From: Eukaryota sp. TZLM1-RC
Taxonomy: Eukaryota > Protista > Metamonada: BaSk clade
Length of the DNA stretch: 64,000 nucleotides
Reading direction: 5' to 3'
NCBI GenBank assembly: GCA_040285825.1
Contig: JAUPSS010000004.1
Location: forward strand, 5,981,784 to 6,045,783
A program made the position numbers and the translations under genes. The notes beneath the pieces were generated by a model. It ran no database searches and was not told the origin of the DNA. It saw only the letters and a program-made list of their open reading frames with translations. How positions within the stretch are numbered: the first letter of the stretch is position 1; each line of letters opens with the position of its first letter. Shown here piece by piece: positions 57,947-64,000 of the stretch.

Positions 57947-58710
57947 CTAAAATTGATTAATGGGGATGTTCAAATATAATCTCATTTTTGTTACAAATGC
58001 TTCATCAGTGGCACACAATCCAAATCTTCGTGGTACAATAGTTACAAAAAGTGAAGAATCTGACGACTTAATATCACAAACACCCTTTTCCAATAACAAT
58101 GAGTGAAGATCTTGATTTAAAACAGCCAAGCTGCATATATTATTATAAAGATCATTTTCATACATTCCAGTCAATCGTTTCTGTAATGTTCGAAGAGTGT
58201 ACTTCAAATTTTAAACATTTTTTCTGGAATATTGCCATTGAATGATTGGGGAAAACTTCGACCCCATTTTTCTCCATCAATTCTTGAAATTTCTTCATTT
58301 AATGCAAAAACAGTGGAACTTTGCGTTGTCATCAATAAATCTTCCCAATCTGCAAATCCTTCGGAAAACTCAAAGATTGCATTTCTGCATCCACCAACAA
58401 AAAGCACACGAGGTAAGAATAGAAGCCTTCGTCCACACTAAACCGCCATAATGTGGACTAAGGTAAGCATGATCTGGAATTTGAAACATTTTACATCCCA
58501 GTAATTGAGACAGAACTTTTGCATGTAACTCATTAAACTTCTGAGCCAAAGATCTAGTGACGAGAGGACTTGTAGATCGAAATATATGATTAAAATTGGA
58601 ACTTAAACACAGTCTTATAATGGTTAATTTGATGTATTTTTTTATATCTAAATTCATCATTCGGTCAATTTTGTCGGAAATTGAGTTCAACTTTTCAAAC
58701 AATTTTTTTG
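57947..58710 (-). mobile_element. CRE-like family A internal fragment
   Basis: Near-identical to 28090-28850. Cut off where the family C 3' end abuts. Confidence 0.88.
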
Positions 58711-58771
58711 TTCAAAAGAAATTGTTAAAAACTAAAAATCAATCTCCTCAATCCACGTCTACCATTGAAAA

Positions 58772-59243
58772 TTAACCTACAGCATTTTCTTTATAAAATC
58801 GTCCTAGTGATAACAACGAGCTAGAAACTAGGCTGTGCAAACACCAAAGCACTGTTACAAGCACGGATAAAGTATGAAAATCGCACACTCAACAGAGTTG
58901 ATGATGTTGATGCGTGTATTGAGGATATTAAGTTCTAGTTTTATGTAAATTGTTTTGTTTGAATTTGAAAAACAAATAATAGTAGGAAATATTCCAAAAA
59001 ATTTCTGTTAACCTACAGCATTTTCTTTATAAAATCTGCCTAGTGATAACAACGAGCTAGAAACTAGGCTGTGCAAACACCAAAGCACTGTTACAAGCAC
59101 GGATAAAGTATGAAAATCGCACACTCAACAGAGTTGATGATGTTGATGCGTGTATTGAGGATATTAAGTTCTAGTTTTATGCAAATTGTTTTGTTTGAAT
59201 TTGAAAAACAAATAATAAAAGGAAATAATCCAAAAAAATTCTG
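58772..59243 (+). repeat. Tandem duplication (2 x 236 bp) of a family E 3' end plus flank
   Basis: 58772-59007 is nearly identical to 59008-59243. TTAA at all three boundaries. Encodes …VDDVDACIEDIKF*. Confidence 0.9.
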
Positions 59244-59304
59244 TTAAAGACGATTGAATATTATCATTTCAAACTTTGAAGTTCAAAGAGATACACCTTA
59301 CCTC

Positions 59305-60675
59305 ATGTTGGAACCTCTTCAGCATGATGAGAATGCTGAGTCCTGTTACCTTCACATTCTCAAAACTCTTGAAGATTTGTGTAACACTTCTTCCACTATT
59401 CTAAACAGTGTTTCTAAACGTGTATCTGAGGAACGTGGCCAACTTGATTCCTTGGTCACACGTATTTCCACTTGTCAGAATAAGATCAATTCTCTCAAGG
59501 GACAATCTCAGTCTGTTACCATCAAATCAAGCCCACAATTCCCCGTTAAGGAACTGCATCAACATAAGGTTATCACTTCTGAAACATTAGATGAACCTTC
59601 ACCATTTCTCAAGGAAGAAACAAATCCTACGATTCCTCTACCTTTTGTACCCATGAATTCAGCCTATCCACCGTCTGTTAGGTCAGTGTCATCACTGTTT
59701 CTGTTTAATTCTGATACCAACCCTTATAGAGAATATGATCCTTCACTAGATAATCTTGCAACGATTCGTCAACGTCGTGATCATGCTTTGAAGGAGGAAC
59801 TATTCCAAGCTCCAGATTCAGTTGTTAAGGGCGACAATCTACCAGAATTTGGATCCCACACTTACGAGTTTAGACCCACAGCTGTTCCCATTCCTGCATT
59901 CAATCTTCCCTCTCAGTTACCAGAGCTTCGCGCTGTTGCTACAGATCTTGCTTATCAGGATAGCACCGCCCAGTTTTCCGAGATGGTTCCATCCTACGCC
60001 AAGGCAGAGGAAAAAGATCTCCCAACTGCTCCAATGATTAACAACGCCGCTCCACCTCCTCCTCAAGCCCCTGCACCTTCATCAAGTTCTGCAGCACCCC
60101 CCGCTCCACCTCCTTCAGGGAATGCTCCACCACCACCACCTCTACCAACTGGTGGACCACCACCACCACCTCCTTTACCTTCTTCAGGGAATGCTCCACC
60201 ACCACCACCTCTACCAACTGGTGGACCACCACCACCACCTCTACCAACTGGCGGGCCCCCTCCACCTCCTTCTGGTGGACCTCCCCCTCCCCCTCCCCCT
60301 CCTATCGATTCTTCTAAAATTCCTGATACCGCTCCTCCTCCGCAAGCTGGACGTGGTAATCTTTTGGCTGATATTCGAAAAGGCCTCAAACTCAAGCCCG
60401 CTTCCGAACGTAAGATTGAAGATAAACCCAAGCCCGAGCCTAAATCCAGTGGAGGCGGAGGTGGAGGTGACCTCATGTCTGATCTCGTTAATCGTCTAGC
60501 CATGTTGAGGCAGGGAATGGGAAAGAAAGAAGAAGAAAAACCCAAACCAAAGGAAGAACCAAAGGAAGAACCCAAGCCTGAAGCAAAAGAAGAGTCTGAG
60601 CCAAAGCCACCTCCTGAATCAGAAAGTGATAGTGACTCTGATTCTTGGGGAACTGCATCTGATAGCGATTTTTAA
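59305..60675 (+). CDS. WASHC1: WASH complex subunit 1 (WAHD + proline-rich + WH2/VCA)
   Basis: SVSSLFLFNSDTNPYREY…LDNL WAHD signature, polyproline region, GRGNLLADIRKGLKLK (WH2), GGDLMSDL (C), acidic tail with W. Confidence 0.92.
   Translation: MLEPLQHDENAESCYLHILKTLEDLCNTSSTILNSVSKRVSEERGQLDSLVTRISTCQNKINSLKGQSQSVTIKSSPQFPVKELHQHKVITSETLDEPSPFLKEETNPTIPLPFVPMNSAYPPSVRSVSSLFLFNSDTNPYREYDPSLDNLATIRQRRDHALKEELFQAPDSVVKGDNLPEFGSHTYEFRPTAVPIPAFNLPSQLPELRAVATDLAYQDSTAQFSEMVPSYAKAEEKDLPTAPMINNAAPPPPQAPAPSSSSAAPPAPPPSGNAPPPPPLPTGGPPPPPPLPSSGNAPPPPPLPTGGPPPPPLPTGGPPPPPSGGPPPPPPPPIDSSKIPDTAPPPQAGRGNLLADIRKGLKLKPASERKIEDKPKPEPKSSGGGGGGDLMSDLVNRLAMLRQGMGKKEEEKPKPKEEPKEEPKPEAKEESEPKPPPESESDSDSDSWGTASDSDF
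60113..60250 (+). repeat. 69-nt coding tandem repeat (SGNAPPPPPLPTGGPPPPP)
   Basis: Copies start at 60113 and 60182. Confidence 0.8.
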
Positions 60676-61150
60676 ATGTTTCAATGGTTGATCTGTAGTT
60701 TTAAATTATTCTGATTATTTTGTATAAATTTGATTTGTTTAGTGTATATTTTATCTCGTTTTTTGTTTGTATTTTCATTTTGAATGTGTACTTTGCATTT
60801 TTCAATTGAGAAACGTCAGACTTTTCTATTACAATTGAAAGAGGTGATGTCATTTATCCCTACATTTAATATGAGTGCGATTCAAACAATTTGCTCTTTT
60901 TTCTGAGAAGGGTAATCAGAACTTATGGGACTGAATTCAATGAAGCAAATGTTTCCCCTTCAAAATCCTGATCTGCTTTGTTTCTCGCCATTGCTTATCT
61001 TATTCTATACAAAAAGCTAGGTAAACTGCTAATTATAACACATTGAATTCGCGATCGCAACAAAAAGACATCATACAAAGGTGGTGGTGTTATAGAAATA
61101 AATTTTGAATTCAATTAGGAAGCTTACCCTCATCCCTACATCATAAACAT

Positions 61151-61834
61151 ATGTCTGAAACAGAGGTACTTCATACCCACGTCAAAGTGGACAGCGATAG
61201 ATCTTCTATTCCTGAAGAGGATGGACTTATCAAAGTCACTAGTCGATCTGCTCCTTACCATGTTGTCAATCATGCAATGCGTCTTCTTACCAATCCAGAT
61301 CGTACACAAATCAAATTTTCTGCTGTAGCCGGAGCAATCCCTACCCTCATCGCTGCTGTTCATATGGTCAAAGTGCAGTGTGAATCGACGCTATACCAAC
61401 AGAATCACCTCGGCAGCATAGACACTGGACTGGATTATGTACCCATAGTCCAAGGACACGATAAGGTCCATCAGAAGAAAGCACTTGCGTTTATGTCTGT
61501 TGTACTCTCCCGAACACCCTTAGATGAAACTGATGTTGGTTATCAACCCAGTGGAACCGTCCCTGTTGAGCCTACAGTTTACCGATCTGCCGATTTCTTC
61601 TTAGATCGTGCCAGAGGAGCTTTCCGTGGAAGAAGGGGCTTCCGTGGCCGTGCAATCCGTGGTGGATTTAGGGGACGGCGTGGATTCTCTCGAGGAGGCC
61701 GTGGTGGCTTCCGTGGAGGCTTCCGTGGTCGTTACCCTAGTGCAAGGGGTCGTGGTAGTTCTAGAGGATTTCGTGGTGGATATCAACGAGGAAATCGTGG
61801 ACGTGGAAGCCCAGCAACCCCAACACAACAGTAA
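61151..61834 (+). CDS. Alba-domain nucleic-acid-binding protein (Rpp25-like) with RGG tail
   Basis: IKFSAVAGAIP…VHMVK…LYQ…LSRTPLDETDVGYQP, followed by RGG/FRGG repeats. Confidence 0.85.
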   Translation: MSETEVLHTHVKVDSDRSSIPEEDGLIKVTSRSAPYHVVNHAMRLLTNPDRTQIKFSAVAGAIPTLIAAVHMVKVQCESTLYQQNHLGSIDTGLDYVPIVQGHDKVHQKKALAFMSVVLSRTPLDETDVGYQPSGTVPVEPTVYRSADFFLDRARGAFRGRRGFRGRAIRGGFRGRRGFSRGGRGGFRGGFRGRYPSARGRGSSRGFRGGYQRGNRGRGSPATPTQQ

Positions 61835-62532
61835 CGTTCTAGTTTATATAAGGGAATCCAATAAATATCTGTATTAGTTTTATTTAAAATCGGAATCGAG
61901 TCAAATGTATGTGCAATCACTGGACCTGACGAAGCCCTACCCATTCACGTGAGATCAAATTATATAGGTAAGGGAGTACTCATTTGTCAGCAAAAAAGTC
62001 CAATAAAAATAATCATTTACAAAATTAAATCATGGCTTTAGCTCGATTAGATTAGATTTGTAAATCGAGTATTACAGTATTAGCAAAAGACCACTTTGTT
62101 AACGAAAATTACTGTACCAGAAAATACTGTGACCATCAAACGTCAGGAATAAAGGTTGTCCTGTATCAGGTTTCATATAAGAAGTTCATAACTGATTAAC
62201 AATGATGAAATTGGATTCGAGAACGCCATAGGAAGATAATCAATTTCTTGTTGTTATCAGTTGAAAGATTACTTAGAAGTCGTTCAAGCAATTGCCTGAC
62301 TCAAAAAATAGTGTTAATAAATACAAGTTGTGTGATTCTGTCAGGATTAGATATTTCAATATCATATTCTAAAGATCTATAGTGTTCTTAGATTTGAAGT
62401 TAAATGTACCTACATGATTAAATTTCCTTCTTGGAGTTTATATACAATATAAATGAAACTCAGAATGTTACATTAATCTCATAAAATAAAGATCATTAGA
62501 GATTCTGCATAAGCATGCAACAAGTGGATGCT

Positions 62533-63250
62533 TTAATGACACGCCCAACCAAAACTAAACTCAGTGACACAATTGGGACACTGTTGCAATTGACCACTGC
62601 CACTATCACCAAACATGAAGTCTACATTACATTCACTTTCGATGTTAAATATGTGCCGTTTTTGAGTGCCACATATCTTACACTTTGAATACTCTGGACC
62701 CTGAACAAAAGCTGGAGCACTACAGTCAGTTGAAATAAAATCCATACCCCAAAAGTTTATCCATTACCTGAGGGTAAGCTAAATCTTCTTCTGATTCAAC
62801 AATAGTTTCGAGTTCATCGGGATATAGGATGTCCCAGAATTCTGCGTCTTCCCATGCACGATAGTCTGCGAAAGGTTTCCAATCAATTATGAACTTCTCC
62901 TTATAGCCTTCTGAAATAACGACATCATGACTAACATGTTCAGATCTTGGGACAAAATATCTACAGAGTTGACCTTCACCATCGTGCTCATACGAACCCA
63001 GGTCACGATCATAGAATAGCTGAATGTAACCAGTGTCCAAATTGAGTACTTTTTTGGCTTCGTCTGGTAAAGTATCAACGTGTAGCTGAAGCATAAGAGG
63101 ATATTTTGGAGGAGGATGGTCTTCATCTGCAAAGGCCTTTCCACCAAACTTGCTCTGAGATGGACTTTTTCCAATAACTGGTTCATAGCCCGTAACTCGA
63201 AGTTCAGGGTAATCGTAGCCAGCTTCTTTCAGATTGTCTTTTATTGTCAT
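62533..63250 (-). CDS. YwqG/DUF1963-family protein, one 28-nt intron
   Basis: SKFGGK, LMLQL…LP, IQLFY, spliced DKLLG|APAFVQ, FMFGDSG, C-terminal W-x-C. Confidence 0.8.
62720..62747 (-). other. Spliceosomal mini-intron, 28 nt (GTATGG...ACTGACTGTAG)
   Basis: Removal fuses the two ORFs in frame as KLLGAPAFVQG. Confidence 0.88.
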
Positions 63251-63503
63251 AAAATATACAGATAGTGAAAATGGTGTTCTCCATAATTTTCATCTCAGTT
63301 TCGTTTTCATCACGTTATTTCAAAATTACAATCACAGTAAAAACTCTCCAATGGAAATCGGTGAACCACATTCTGTTTCAACTGAGAAGAGGTTCAATAG
63401 CCGAGATTTTATTGATATTTGCATTATCCAGACAATCTGGAACATTTTCAAATCATTGATTTCTCGTTAAAATTTTTTTATCAAATTTTATTACCAAACA
63501 TGT

Positions 63504-63607
63504 TATATTTATTGAATTTGCACACTTAATTAAATTAACTCATAACTAATGGGACGACTATCATTGAACCAAGATTTCCTCTACAAAATCTTGATCTGCT
63601 TGCTGCT
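63504..63607 (-). mobile_element. About 100-bp 3' tip of CRE-like family A
   Basis: QQADQDFVEEILVQ* plus a 3' UTR ending TTCAATAAATATAA. Confidence 0.85.
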
Positions 63608-63860
63608 TACATGATATACTAGTTCAAAATTTAAAAGTGTATTCAGATATTTGAACCCGTTCTAAATCAACTATTTCAGACCCTTCTGTAAAAGCATGAA
63701 ATATTCTGCAAGTGTTTTTCTTACGAGCGCTTGTCCACATTTTCTTTTTCTCGAGTTCTTTTGTACATTAAAAGTCAATTTCCATGAGAAGAGAGTGCAA
63801 TGTTCTTTGGTACCAATACCCTCCAGTGTTGGCACTTATTCATTTTGTTCAGATCATTGA

Positions 63861-64000
63861 AAAGATTACAAATATAATTCAGATATTCAATTGTATACCA
63901 ACAATGGTGGGAAGATTGTTATCCCAGATAGTTTAAAAAAGCAGACTTTAACTATCATTCATGGACTTGCAAATGTTGGTCATCCTAGGGTGACGACTAG
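63861..64000 (+). mobile_element. Retroviral-type integrase zinc-binding domain fragment (LTR retrotransposon or Ginger-like), runs off the window
   Basis: KIVIPDSLKKQTLTIIHGLANVGHP matches the integrase H-H zinc-binding pattern. Confidence 0.55.

Noticed and set aside
61921-61985. CTGACGA followed by a hairpin, hammerhead-like
   Set aside because: No GAAA core strand after stem II and no convincing stems I/III.
1-64000. CRISPR array, rRNA genes or a non-standard genetic code
   Set aside because: No regularly spaced repeat-spacer array or rRNA-like sequence was seen. Long conserved genes translate cleanly and use all three stop codons.

Overview
AT-rich, gene-dense eukaryotic DNA in the standard genetic code, from a flagellated unicellular eukaryote (IFT121/WDR35 and an SSNA1-like gene). 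The 28-36 nt introns have the branch point fused to the 3' splice site, which is reminiscent of metamonads (inference). Host genes: long-chain acyl-CoA synthetase, a TTC14-like S1 protein, an RCC1+LRR protein, an SDR, GGTase-I beta, tRNA-Thr(AGT), a PH-domain dynamin, a degenerate PABP copy, midasin, an ARM protein, WDR35, WASH1, an Alba/Rpp25-like protein and a YwqG/DUF1963 protein. Most spacers hold 5'-truncated CRE-like non-LTR retrotransposons (RT + restriction-like endonuclease, about five families). There is also a TIR-bounded hAT relic and an integrase fragment at the right edge. The main discovery is a Fanzor (eukaryotic TnpB/Cas12-like RNA-guided nuclease) hidden across several small ORFs at 12776-14737. 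It rebuilds into one stop-free 651-aa protein by removing a single base from each of six homopolymer runs, keeps all three RuvC catalytic residues, a zinc finger and an NLS, and is followed directly by a strongly base-paired, pseudoknot-capable candidate omegaRNA scaffold (about 14745-14880). All protein calls come from motif recognition by eye, with no database searches.
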